Assembly: GCF_001194135.2 (NCBI RefSeq)
Contig: NC_068982.1
Coordinates: 45,345,665 to 45,409,664 of the forward strand
From: Octopus bimaculoides
Taxonomy: Eukaryota
DNA length: 64,000 bases
Direction of reading: 5' to 3'
In this document: positions 41,901-55,388 of the stretch, piece after piece
How the letters are laid out: every line of letters starts with the position of its first letter
Numbering within the stretch: the stretch's first letter is position 1
Program-made: the position numbers and the translations under genes
Notes under the pieces: generated by a model
The model's input: only the letters and a program-made list of their open reading frames with translations
The model's database searches: none
Told to the model about the DNA's origin: nothing

Positions 41901-43148
41901 CTTAATTTGATTGTTATACATCAAAAATTCAAATTGAATGCTGCCAAACAACGTACAGAGTCAGAGTAGTACAGCAGTGATCACATGACCACGTATTCTG
42001 ATCCGATGTATTCAAATTTTATGGTCATCTTGTATTTCTGGCTACAATGCTTTTAGAAAACCTTTTTGCATATATGAGTTCCCATAAGCAACTTGTCTTA
42101 AAACCCACTGTTATGATCTTCAGAATTATAATAAGTAGGAAGGTATTGAGAATCAAGTCTTGATGGATACTTACTTGCACTCCAGATTGCTCATGGAATT
42201 CATTATCAACCCTCTCTGACTGCATAGCATGGCTAAAAGTTTGTGGCTGGTGCTCATTCTGACACTGAAGTTGCACCCATTCTGGGGGTTGATGTAGTAG
42301 TAACCTTTTTTAATAGGGAACCTCTGTGTTAACTTTGAGAGTTTTGTTGTAGAACTTGTCCTTTGTATTTTAAGTAGAATTGTGGGTTGGAGAATTAACA
42401 CTGACAAGGTTCACTGGACCTTTGGCTATGTGAATCCAAAGTGAAAAATCTGGATGGCCTTCTTGCTAAAAACCTTTTTTGCTACCTCTTTCAACAAGCC
42501 AGAATACTGTGTACCTATCCTAAAACCTTAGATACATATTCAATTCATTGTTAACCTTTTGATACAAACCAACCAGAGACTGCTCCTGCTTCTATGATAC
42601 AAACTTTGTTTTAAAGTGAAATGAATTGGATAAGGTAAATGTCTCCTAAAATTATATTATATTTACCTTAATTCAACCTTTGCCACCTGTTACATTCTTA
42701 TTTTCTTATCAAGGTAACAACATCTGTTCTTATTACATTTTTATATAAAAATTTAAACCTAATATTTAGATTTTCTATTTATGATTTCATTAAAGTTAGA
42801 AAATGGTAAGAGCAATTTCAGTATAAGATTGATGGAGAAACCTGCAAATCTTCACATGTTCCATGTTAAAGTTCGAGTTATTGAAAGCAACACAAGAGTG
42901 ACAGAATATAAAACTGATAACACAGCAACTTTTGTCAGTGTAAAAGAAAGTGATCCCAAATACAAAGTAAGTATTACATAAAAAATATATTCACAAAATA
43001 ATATTTAATTACTGTTTAAACAAGCATCTCCATTTCATCTTTCTTTCCCTTAACCCCATAGTGTTCAGATTATTCTGTTAAATGTAATACTTATTAATTC
43101 ATATTGTTTCAAACTAATCAAACATTATCTTGTCACTTTGAGATTTTG

Positions 43149-43189
<41 letters not shown>

Positions 43190-46100
43190 TTAATGTTCAT
43201 TGTCCATGCTGGCATGGGTTGGACGGTTTCACCAGGGCTGATAAGCTGATTGCTGCGCCAGACTCCAGTCTGATTCGGCATGGTTTCTATGGCTGGATGC
43301 CCTTCCTAATACCAACCTGTCCAAGAGTGTAATGGGTGCTTTTGCATGCCACCAGCACAGATGCCAGTTGTGTGACACCAGCACAGATGCCAGTTGTGTG
43401 ACACCAGCACAGATGCCAGTGGCATGATGCCAGCATCTGTCACAACTACTATTACATTTGGCTCGATGGGTCTTCTCAAGCACAGCATATTGCCAAAGGT
43501 CTCAGATGGAAAATATGAGAGAGAGAGAGAAAGAGAGAGAGAGAGGAGAGGGAGAGAGAGGTGAAGAGGGGATGGGAGATAAGGTGCTAAAGATGTGTCA
43601 AGATCCTATTTCACATGACTACATATTCTGATCCTATGTATTCATATTTCATTATTGCCCACAAGGGGCTAAACATAGAGGGGACAAACAAGGACAGACA
43701 AAGGGATTAAGTCGATTACATCGACCCCAGTGCGTAACTGGTACTTAATTTATCGACCCCGAAAGGATGAAAGGCAAAGTCGACCTCGGCGGAATTTGAA
43801 CTCAGAACGTAGCGGTAGACGAAATACTGCTAAGCATTTCGCTCGGCGTGCTAATGTTTCTGCCAGCTCGCCGCCTTGATCCTATGTATTCAGATCTGAG
43901 AGTTTTGTTGTAGAACTATTTAAGCACTGATTTGTAAGTAAATTTCTATTTTTAGGAGTTACAAGATGCCAATGAAAACAAATATTTTGAAGATTTATTA
44001 AGCAATCAAGAAAATGGGAATGTTTCAATTGCATTAACTCTAAGCGAAAAAGAAGTTTTAACAGTAAGTAAATATTTTCAACTGATGATTAATTGATGAT
44101 TATTTTCTTTTAGAAAATTGTTGTTGCTACCATGTAGTTCTGGTGTGACCTGGTCAATCCCTGATAAAGCGAATCTAATGTTTCAGTAGGAAAACTTATT
44201 TAAGAATTCTATTGCAATAACAAGTTACCTTTTACTTGATTCAGTCCTTTGACTGTGACCATGCTGGAGCACCACCTTTAGTCGTGCAAATCAACCCCAG
44301 GACTTATTCTTTGGAAGCCTAGTATTTATTCTATCGGTCTCTTTTGCCGAACCGCTAAGTTACGGGGACGTAAACACATCAGCATCGGTTGTCAAGCAAT
44401 GTTGGGGGACAAACATACACATGCACATACATATATATATATATACATACATACGACGGGCTTCTTTCAGTTTCTGTCTACCAAATCCACTCACAAGACT
44501 TTGGTCGGCCCCAGGCTATAGTAGAAGACACTTACCCAAGGTGCCACGCAGTGGGACTGAACCCGGAACCATGTGGTTCGTAAGCAAGCTACTTACCACA
44601 CAGCCACTCCTACGCCTATATTTAAAGTTTGTTACTTGTTCTGTTGGTCTCTTTTGCTGAACTGCTGAGTTATGAGGATGTAAACAAACCAACACCACAT
44701 GTCAAGTGCTTTGGGCTGACATACACAAACTCAAAGACACACACACATACATATATACCTACATAAATACATACATATTATATATAGGTAGTTAGGGTAA
44801 ATTCCAGCTGTTTCCTCTTGAAGCTCATCTGCTTCTTCTATTATTACAATACAATATGTGGTCACAGATGCTGCAGTATGTTTGTCAAAATACATATTAC
44901 ATATTGAAATTCTTTCTTCTGTCTGAAGAATTCTTCATAGGAAACTTATTACATGTCTATCTAACATGTAAAAGTTTGTAATTCCTATTAGCAAATGAAA
45001 CATGTGTAATGCAGAATAAATAATTGCAAAAAATTCCACTTTTCTGTTTTGTTATAAATAATACATGCTTGTGCGTGCGCACACGCGCGCGCATTCTGTC
45101 CCTCACAAAGCATTGCTTGTTCTACTATAAGTGGAAAACACTTGCCCAAGGTCTGTTCAGTCTTAGCTGATTTGGTTGTAAGCGAAGCAACAGTTTTGCA
45201 ATAACAATTTTACTATATTTGTTAAGCTGCTTTGTCAAATATCTTTGAACATTATAATGTTACTGAAGTCGTGGAGGCATAATGGCACAGTGGTTAGGGC
45301 AGCGGACTCGCGGTCATAGGATCGCAGTTTCGATTCCCAGACCAGGCGTTATGAGTGTTTATTGAGCAAAAACACCTAAAAGCTCCACGAGGCTCCGGCA
45401 GGGGATGGTGGCGAACCCTGCTGTACTCTTTCACCACAACTTTCTCTCACTCTTACTTCCTGTTTTTGTTGTGCCTGTAATTCAAAGGGTCAGCCTTGTC
45501 ACACCGTGTCACACTGAATATCCCCGAGAACTACGTTAAGGGTACACATGTCTGTGGAGTGCTCAGCTACTTGCATGTTAATTTCATGAGCAGGCTGTTC
45601 CGTTGATCGGATCGACTGGAACCCTCGTCATCGTAAGCGACGGAGTGCCAACAACAGCAACAGTTACTGAAGTGTTATTAACAATCACCTATTAGTAACA
45701 CAGTTAAGAAATGTCCTTCCATTTAAGTTTATTTGTAGATATTTTCTTTTTTTTAAATAAACAGTACTTTTTCAGTTAAAAAATTCCTTTGCTGACTTAG
45801 AAATTTATCTCTAATTTCATATTTTGTACAGGCTGGAATGAAAGTGAGAATCACTGCACAACCAACAGATACATCTGTGAGGACGCTTTATTATATGGTA
45901 AGAAAAATACTAAAACTTTATTTTTTTATACTTTATTCTTATATTAGTTTCAGTCATCAGTCTGAGACCATGCTGGGGCACAAACTTTTAGGGTATTAGT
46001 CACTCCCAATTGTTATCAGTAAAATTTTCTTTTTCTTTAAAATATACTGCTGCAGAGATTTTTGTTTCTGAAATCCTTCAATGAAACAATCCATCTATCT

Positions 46101-49100
46101 AATATTTCAAATTAATTAATTAACAAGTTAGATATTTTATTCTAATCTTTGGCTGAACTAGAATTCTATGCAGATAATTCTACAGCACATTAAATACGTT
46201 TCTATTCTTTTTTCTGCAATATTTTAATGGTATATGCTAGAATTTGACAAGGAATTCTATTTTTTGTCTTTGATAGGATGATGGAACACATAGCTTTAGC
46301 TTATGTTGTTATATGCTTCTATTTTTATGTGTTGAAACAAACAAGTTTAGTTTATGTTGATAAATGGTTCATCCTTTTGTATTGAAGCTCATGGGTTTGG
46401 TTTAATTTAATTTATATACACCTTGTCTTGCATGTCGAAGCACACAAGCTTGGTTTTTCTTCTTCCTCCTCTGTCTTGCCATTTTCTATGCTGGCATGAA
46501 TTGGATGGTTTGACAGGATTCTGCAAGGTGTAAGGATGTGTTGAGCTCTAATGCCAGCTTTGGTATGGTTCCTTTGGTTGGATTTCTTTCCGAATGCCAA
46601 CCACTCTACAGGTACAAGTGAGGTTACCAAATTAACTTGCTAGGCAATAAAAGAAAGGAATGAGAAGAAAGGGGAACAAAAGCAAAAAAAAAGGGGAAAG
46701 GAAAAGAAGGGAAAAACCTCCTTGAGAGAGCGAAGGGCAATGATTCTATGCAAGATGTTGAGAGACTAGAGTATGGTAGAAGAACAAGCACAGATGGCTT
46801 GTCATTGAGATACAAATATTTTTTCCATATCAGCCATCACTGAAGAGCATGTGATGTTACTCAACTATTTTGATATATAATATCTGGTTAGCTTATATCC
46901 AGTGCAAAACTGGTTGTTAAGATCAGTTGAAATAGATCTGTTATACTTCATACTTTGACTCACACTCCACCTTATGTGCTGAAGCATGCAGGTTTGGTTT
47001 ATGTTAATATATACTTCAGTCCTTGTATGTTGAAATACACAAATTTTCTTTCAACTCTTATCTATTTGTAAGTTGTGTTGACAATGATGGTGTTTATAAT
47101 AATGATGACCATATTATTTATAGCCTTCAAACAACATGGTAATTACTCTCTTGCTTCCTTCTTTAGAATCTTTATACAGTTAAAACCTATTGTTTTTTTT
47201 TTGGTACTTTAATCACCTGCTGCCATGAAAATATGTTGCCAAAAAATGGAAAACCCAAAAGTCTGTCTCAGACATGTAGTGTTTCTGCAGAATTATACAT
47301 GATAATCTCTGTCTGTTCAGAAATGCGGCAGATAAAAACCTAGTTTTAGTCAGGCTTTGATCAATTTATATCAGTCAACAGCATTTAATAGGGTAAAGCA
47401 GAAATATCTCCTTGTTGTACTTGTAATGTTAAGATATATATATGTGTGTGTAAGTGCAGGTTTATGTATGTTTGTGTTTTGTCTTGATAGTCATAAATGA
47501 ATGTTACTGTCATACAATTGGCATCATTCATTTCCAATATTCAGTCCAGTCTATGTAAGCATGGAAACCTGGATATTAATATGACAACGATGACGACAAT
47601 GACAACAGCAGTGGTGTTGACAGTGATGATAATGATGATGATAGCATCAAACTGCTTAAATATCATCTGTTTTCTGGAAAAAGAAAATCTCTTGTAAAGA
47701 TGGAGCATGTGTTTTTTAATATTTTTATGAAGAACTTTTGTGGGAAAAAGATCCATTGGTTACCATCAAATGTAGTCACAGAATGCTAAGTCCAAATTTG
47801 TGTAGGCATGATACGAGGCTAAGATGTCTGCAGAAATCTCTATGCAGTGGGAAGTTTTGGAAATCAATGGAGAGGGAAAGACGCCCTTTTAACATCGAGA
47901 GTTGTTGTTGTTGTTGTTGTTGCTAATGTTGAGTAACTCTAGGGCATTCCTGATTGAATAGATGTGATAAAACTAATTTAAAAAAAAAAATTAGGCTGAC
48001 CTTTGGTGTATGCTGTGCTTGAGAAGACCTGTCAAGCTAAGTGACATCACAGTCATGGCCGGTGCTAGTGTTGCGTCACTGGCATGTAAAAAGCACCCTG
48101 GAACATTGGGCAATATACTGTGCTTGGGAAGACCCATCAAACCATGTGAAATCATAGTCATGGCTGATGCCAGTGTTGTGTAACTGGCACCTGTGCCAGT
48201 GGTGAGTAAAAAGTATCATTCAACTGTTAGGTCTCACAGAGGCAGTGACAAGTGACTGAGATCTTTGGCGTTATATTGTGCTTGAGAAGATCTGTCAATG
48301 CAAGTGAGATCATAGTCATGGCCGATGCCAGTGCTGCATAACTGGTACCCATGCTAGTGGCATGTAAAAAGCACCCACTACGCTCTTGGAGTGGTTGGTA
48401 TTAGGAAGGGCATCCAGCTAAAGAATCCATGCCAAATGAGATTGGTGCAGCTCCCTAGCTTACCAGTTTTCAGTCAAACTGTCCAACCCATGCCAGCATA
48501 GAAAGCGGACGTTAAATGATGATGACGATGATGATGATGAGTTTATCTAGAATTACATCATTCAATGTGTCGTTTTTTAAAAATAAAGTTAGCAGCATAT
48601 GATTTGAAGGAGATTTCACTGCCATTTCTAGCAAATTGAATGACTATGTAAAAGCTTCCTTGTTGCCTTGAGTTTTTTCATCGACTGGGATTCCCTTGCT
48701 GGCCAGGTGGCATTTATATAAGAGTATGCGCAAGTATATGCATGTGTCTATATTTATGCATATGTGCATATGAGGACTGACAATTTAATTATTTCTGCAT
48801 GCATATAGCATCAAATATCTTGCAGAATTATAAACTAACCTCTGTTATTTATTTTTAATTTTTGCAGATTATTTCTAAAGGGAAAATTTTGCTATTGGAT
48901 AAAAAATCAAGCGGTCAGAAAGTTTGGAACTTTGAGGTGAACATCATAAGACACATGATCCCTACAGCCAAATTTTTAGTCTATTATTTTCAGAACGAAA
49001 GGATAATTACAGCATCTATAAACCTTAATGTATATGACATTTGTCCATATAAGGTAAAACTCACATGGCTTTAACTCCTTTGACCCCACTCTTTTTTTTA

Positions 49101-51473
49101 ACTATACATCCTTTTGAGTATTTGTATACACTTGCATTTACACTGACATGTATATATAATTACTGTCTAATTATAGAAGGCATATATATGTATACACACA
49201 CACACGTACACACACATATACATGCATGCATGTACACAATCACATACATACAGAGTGGACCTCTGAATAGTTTTCATGTAGAAAATTCCATTCACAAGAT
49301 ATTAGTCTACTCTGTGGTTATAGTAGAAGACATTTACTCAATGTACCATTTCCGACAATATATATATATTAAGTTTATGTATCTCTCTAGACTTAAGAGC
49401 TATATGTTTAGATATTTAAGTTCACTCAAACTTACCCTTCAAATTGAGATGGTAAATAACCCAAGATGTGTATATTATGCACTCCATCTAAAATAATTTT
49501 TTACCCCAAAATGGGATGATATTTAAGTAGTTCAGCTCCCACTCTCTAAGTAACTGTTTCTGCTTTAATTCTTGTTAATTCTCATTCTATTTCTCTCCCT
49601 CTCTTCCCCTCTCTCTCTCTCCCTTTCTCCGGTTGGGTAACCATGGACCTTCTCTACAGCAAGACATCTGTTTCTGCCTCTCTGTCACAATTCTAATTTT
49701 TCATCATCTGACAAAATATCACCTCCTCCAATGTACCCAGCCCTCTCAAAGACTCTTTGTCATGCAAAGTCACTTAGTGACCCCACCAGAGCTGGTGCCA
49801 CTTAAAAAACACCCAGTCCACACTGTAAAGTGGTTGACATTTGGAAGGGCATTCAGCTGTAAAAACTACACCAAAACTGACCTCATCTGTGTGAGTTCCA
49901 TGTAGAGAGCAAGTTGATACGAGTTTCCAAATATATTGTTTGATAATGTCAGATATAATCATTTTTACATTAATTTATCTTTTTCACATCCACTCATTCC
50001 ATGCTAGTATGTGTTGGACACGACTTCTTAGGGCTAAATTCAATAGCAGAATGCCCCTTTTGATGGTATATTCCATTCTTGATGACATCCCTTAATTGCT
50101 TTTTCATTAGCGTGGGCATGGCTGTGTGGTAAGTAGCTTGCTTACCAACCACATGGTTCCAGGTTCAGTCCCACTACGTGGCATCTTGGGCAAGTGTCTT
50201 CTACTATAGCCTTGGACCAACCAAAGCCTTGTGAGTGGATTTGGTAGACGGAATCTGAAAGAAGCCCGTCGTATATATGTATATATATATGTGTGTGTGT
50301 GTGTGTTTGTGTGTCTATGTTTGTCCCTATAGCATTGCTTGACAACCAATGCTGGTGTGTTTCTGTCCTCGTAACTTAGCGGTTCGGCAAAAGAGATCGA
50401 TAGAATAAGTACTAGGCTTACAAAGACTAAGTCCCAGGGTGAATTTGCTTGACTAAAGGTGGTGCTCCAGCATGGTCACAATCAAATGACTGAAACAAGT
50501 AAAAGAGTAAAAGAGTACCATATTTGATGGTATATATGGTGCAATTTTTCCTTCCCCAAAAATGACTTTAAAACATCATTCTGGGTCCCATATGTGAAGT
50601 AGGGTCTCCCATAAGCTTTAATGCTCTCATGACATTTTTTTTTCATGAATATGCACTATTGAAATTGGTGGGGCAGGTGCTTTATTTTGCTGGTCATCAT
50701 ACTTTGAAGGGGGACACAAGCAAACATCATTGTCAAGCTGTGTCAATATGAAGACACGTAGAGATAAACATGCAGAGATAACTGGGAGAGACAATAATGG
50801 CAGAATGTGATGAGAGTGATATTTATTACAGAGTTGAATAATGGAAGAAAAATGCTAATGGCAGTTGATATCTTTTGCTGGCAAGAGAGGAAGTGTGCAT
50901 GATGAATTATTGTAGAAATGATTGGTGGTAAGAGTGAGTAATGGATGGTCGCTGCCACCACCACCACCACCATCACCACTACCATCACTACCACCACCAC
51001 CACCATCACCACCATCACCACTACCATCACTACCACCACCACCATCACCACCACTACCATCACTACCACCATCACTACCACCACCACCATCATCATCACC
51101 ACCANNNNNNNNNNNNNNNNNNNNNNNNNNNNNNNNNNNNNNNNNNNNNNNNNNNNNNNNNNNNNNNNNNNNNNNNNNNNNNNNNNNNNNNNNNNNNNNN
51201 NNNNNNNNNNNNNNNNNNNNNNNNNNNNNNNNNNNNNNNNNNNNNNNNNNNNNNNNNNNNNNNNNNNNNNNNNNNNNNNNNNNNNNNNNNNNNNNNNNNN
51301 NNNNNNNNNNNNNNNNNNNNNNNNNNNNNNNNNNNNNNNNNNNNNNNNNNNNNNNNNNNNNNNNNNNNNNNNNNNNNNNNNNNNTGCTTGAATAACAGTG
51401 ATGCTACTTTACATATGTTGTCAGGACATCATATGTTGTCAGGACATGGGTATAAACTCACACACACACACAT

Positions 51474-51507
<34 letters not shown>

Positions 51508-53464
51508 TTGCACACACATTCATATATGCACACACATACACAAACACATATGCACACACATACACAAACACACACACACACACATTCACATATACACACA
51601 CACACACACACAAACACACACATGACGAACTTCTTTCAGTTTTCGTCTACCAAATTTACTTACAAGGTTTTGATCATCCTGGAAATATAATAGAAGACGC
51701 ATGCCCAAGGTGCCATGAGGTGGGATTGAACCTAAGACAACATGGTTGAGAAACAAGCTTTCCATTCACTCATCCATGAAGAAATGAAGAGCGATAGTAA
51801 ATGGCCTGTGAGAGAGGGATGGTGGTTAGAAGTAGGGAAAAAGTAATGGTTACCAGCAGGGCTGGATTAAGACTCATAGAAGCTCTAAGCACTTAAAAAT
51901 AATCTTAAACTGGAAGCATCCAAATTAGTCTTGCAGAACTCACTTCATGGTGATGTAAGAAAAGGGAAATGTCGTCACATTTACATCAACAACTTCATTG
52001 CAGATACTGGCCTGGAATATATCCAGGACCTTGAGGTAGTGATAATAAACAGAGAAGTGTGGTGGATGGGCAGTTGCTGCAGCACAAGTTGGAACCCAGC
52101 GATAATAAATATAACTTACTAATTAATGTATTATATAGTTCATTCAACTGGCTATAACTCTTCTTTTACAAATTTGTACTTATGTACCAAATTTGTATAT
52201 TATTTAAAATTATTTTTTTAGATGCTAATAGTATTTTAAGTGCAAGAATTATTTTATTTACTCACTCCTTAGTAGTCATTTAAAAATTTTCAGCATTTAG
52301 AAAATGAAAAGGTCATCTATGTAATTTTCAAAAATCTTTGCTATCACATTCTTCAATGGCTGTAGTGAAAAAAATAGTTGGAAAGAAATCCATTTCTCTT
52401 CAAAAAAAAAAAAAAAGAAAGAATATGTTCTTTGAGTTGCTACTTTTTGGTATATATGTGTTTGCATATTTTTATATGTATATTATTTGTATAAAATTAC
52501 TGAAGTTATATTTATTGTTGGTCTTGTAAAAGACTGAACGACACTTCTACACATACACAACACACACACAGATACTCTCTTTCTCTTCCCCCTCTCTCCC
52601 TCCACACATACACACACACTCTCTCTCTCTCTCTCTCTCCCTCAGTTATTTGTACCTCTTATGTCTGCATGTTTCATTATTGTTCAACATGTTTACGCGT
52701 CTCTTACAGTTTACATGCAGAAGTAAAGTACTCAGATCACTCCTGTTGGGTGGCGGGTGTGGGAAGTGGTAAGAGAGAGAGAGGGAAAGGAAGGAGTGAG
52801 AGACAGATAGAGAGAGAGATTGATAAGCAGAGAAAGAGAGAAAGAGAGTAGTTGTGTAGGGATGAGTTTACGGAAGAGAAGAAAGGCATGTGAAAGAAGC
52901 AGAAGTATCTTGGAAGAAGATGAGAGAAAGAGTCAGGTAAATAAATAAATGGACAAATGAAAATATAGACAAATGAGTGGCTGTGTTATTTCTTTACTGC
53001 CCACAAGGGGCTACACACAGAAGGGACAAACAAGGACAGACAAACGGATTAAGTCGATTATAGCGACTCCAGTGCGTAACTGGTACTTATTTAATCGACC
53101 CCGAAAGGTTGAAAGGCAAAGTCGACCTCAGCGAAATTTGAACTCAGAACGTAGCGGCAGACGAAATACCGCTAAGCATTTCGCCCGGCGTGCTAACGTT
53201 TCTGCCAGCTCGCCGCCTATGAGTGGCTGTGTGGTAAATAGCTTGCTTACCAACCACATGGTTCCGAGTTCATTCTCATTNNNNNNNNNNNNNNNNNNNN
53301 NNNNNNNNNNNNNNNNNNNNNNNNNNNNNNNNNNNNNNNNNNNNNNNNNNNNNNNNNNNNNNNNNNNNNNNNNNNNNNNNNNNNNNNNNNNNNNNNNNNN
53401 NNNNNNNNNNNNNNNNNNNNNNNNNNNNNNNNNNNNNNNNNNNNNNNNNNNNNNNNNNNNNNNN

Positions 53465-53497
<33 letters not shown>

Positions 53498-54255
53498 TTG
53501 TGTTTGTGTGTCTGTGTTTGTTCCCCCAACATCGCTTGACAACCGATGCTGGTGTGTTTACGTCCCCGTAACTTAGCGGTTCGGTGAAAGAGACCAATAA
53601 AATAAGTACTAGGCTTCCAAAGTATAAGTCCTGGGTCGATTTGCTCAACTAAAGGCAGTGCTCCAGCATGGCCGCAGTCAAATGACTGAAACAAGTAAAA
53701 GTAAAAGAGAAAAGAGAAATATAAATAAACATACAAGTGAATTTTTTTTTACTACAGGCATGGTGATGATGGTGGTGGTGGTGGTGATGCTTTGACATTA
53801 GGGAGAGGGGGTTAGTCAGCACTTCAGTGCTCTTTTATCAACCCAGAAAGGATGAAAGGCAAAGTTGTCCTCATTGGCATTTGAACTCAGAATGTAAAGA
53901 CTCCACAGAAATATCACTAAGCATTTTGTCGCATATGCTAATGAGTCTGTCAGCTTGATGGGAAGGCAGATAGGTAAATCAGTACAATATGAGAGGGTGC
54001 TGAGAAGTTCCTTGCTTTAAGGGTGTCACGAAAGGCTTGGTTGGAGGACCAACCTTCTGAGTTCTTTTACAGGGCTTAGGAAAACTGAAGGTCCACTGCA
54101 ACAAGTGTGTGAATCTGAGAGGGGAATATGTTGAATAAAAAACATAATTAGATGAAGCTCTTGTATTTTTTTTTACCCAAACCCAGGAACATTTCAACAC
54201 CCTCTCATGAGTATGTGTACATATATATATATTATGTGTGTACATATATATATTA

Positions 54256-54312
<57 letters not shown>

Positions 54313-55333
54313 GAGTTAGNNNNNNNNNNNNNNNNNNNNNNNNNNNNNNNNNNNNNNNNNNNNNNNNNNNNNNNNNNNNNNNNNNNNNNNNNNNNNNNNN
54401 NNNNNNNNNNNNNNNNNNNNNNNNNNNNNNNNNNNNNNNNNNNNNNNNNNNNNNNNNNNNNNNNNNNNNNNNNNNNNNNNNNNNNNNNNNNNNNNNNNNN
54501 NNNNNNNNNNNNNNNNNNNNNNNNNNNNNNNNNNNNNNNNNNNNNNNNNNNNNNNNNNNNNNNNNNNNNNNNNNNNNNNNNNNNNNNNNNNNNNNNNNNN
54601 NNNNNNNNNNNNNNNNNNNNNNNNNNNNNNNNNNNNNNNNNNNNNNNNNNNNNNNNNNNNNNNNNNNNNNNNNNNNNNNNNNNNNNNNNNNNNNNNNNNN
54701 NNNNNNNNNNNNNNNNNNNNNNNNNNNNNNNNNNNNNNNNNNNNNNNNNNNNNNNNNNNNNNNNNNNNNNNNNNNNNNNNNNNNNNNNNNNNNNNNNNNN
54801 NNNNNNNNNNNNNNNNNNNNNNNNNNNNNNNNNNNNNNNNNNNNNNNNNNNNNNNNNNNNNNNNNNNNNNNNNNNNNNNNNNNNNNNNNNNNNNNNNNNN
54901 NNNNNNNNNNNNNNNNNNNNNNNNNNNNNNNNNNNNNNNNNNNNNNNNNNNNNNNNNNNNNNNNNNNNNNNNNNNNNNNNNNNNNNNNNNNNNNNNNNNN
55001 NNNNNNNNNNNNNNNNNNNNNNNNNNNNNNNNNNNNNNNNNNNNNNNNNNNNNNNNNNNNNNNNNNNNNNNNNNNNNNNNNNNNNNNNNNNNNNNNNNNN
55101 NNNNNNNNNNNNNNNNNNNNNNNNNNNNNNNNNNNNNNNNNNNNNNNNNNNNNNNNNNNNNNNNNNNNNNNNNNNNNNNNNNNNNNNNNNNNNNNATACC
55201 CCACATTAGTTCTGCAGGAATATAAATAAAACATAAAAAACAGACAGTGTTGGAACTCTTTTAAGCAAAATAATATATTCCTCTATACACAATCATACAA
55301 AAAAATCCACCTTTGTTTGTATTTATTTTTACT

Positions 55334-55388
<55 letters not shown>

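Noticed and set aside
44114-44190. Strong acceptor (ttttcttttag) as a possible missing MG4/MG5 exon
   Set aside because: The phase-0 frame stops after KIVVATM, it has no family motif, and the flanking exons already join in frame.
44941-44982. GNLLHVYLT, resembling C3 NNYLHLSV
   Set aside because: It runs into a stop with no convincing donor, and exon 43956-44063 already supplies this segment.
45270-45350. tRNA-like sequence (also at 11200, 17245 and 50110)
   Set aside because: These are SINE heads continuing into SINE bodies, not complete cloverleaf tRNA genes.
50922-51690. Long poly-His/Thr/Pro ORFs
   Set aside because: They derive from (ACC/ATC)n and (CA)n microsatellites plus an N gap.
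54194-55234. ORFs of about 300-346 aa
   Set aside because: They are almost entirely N bases.
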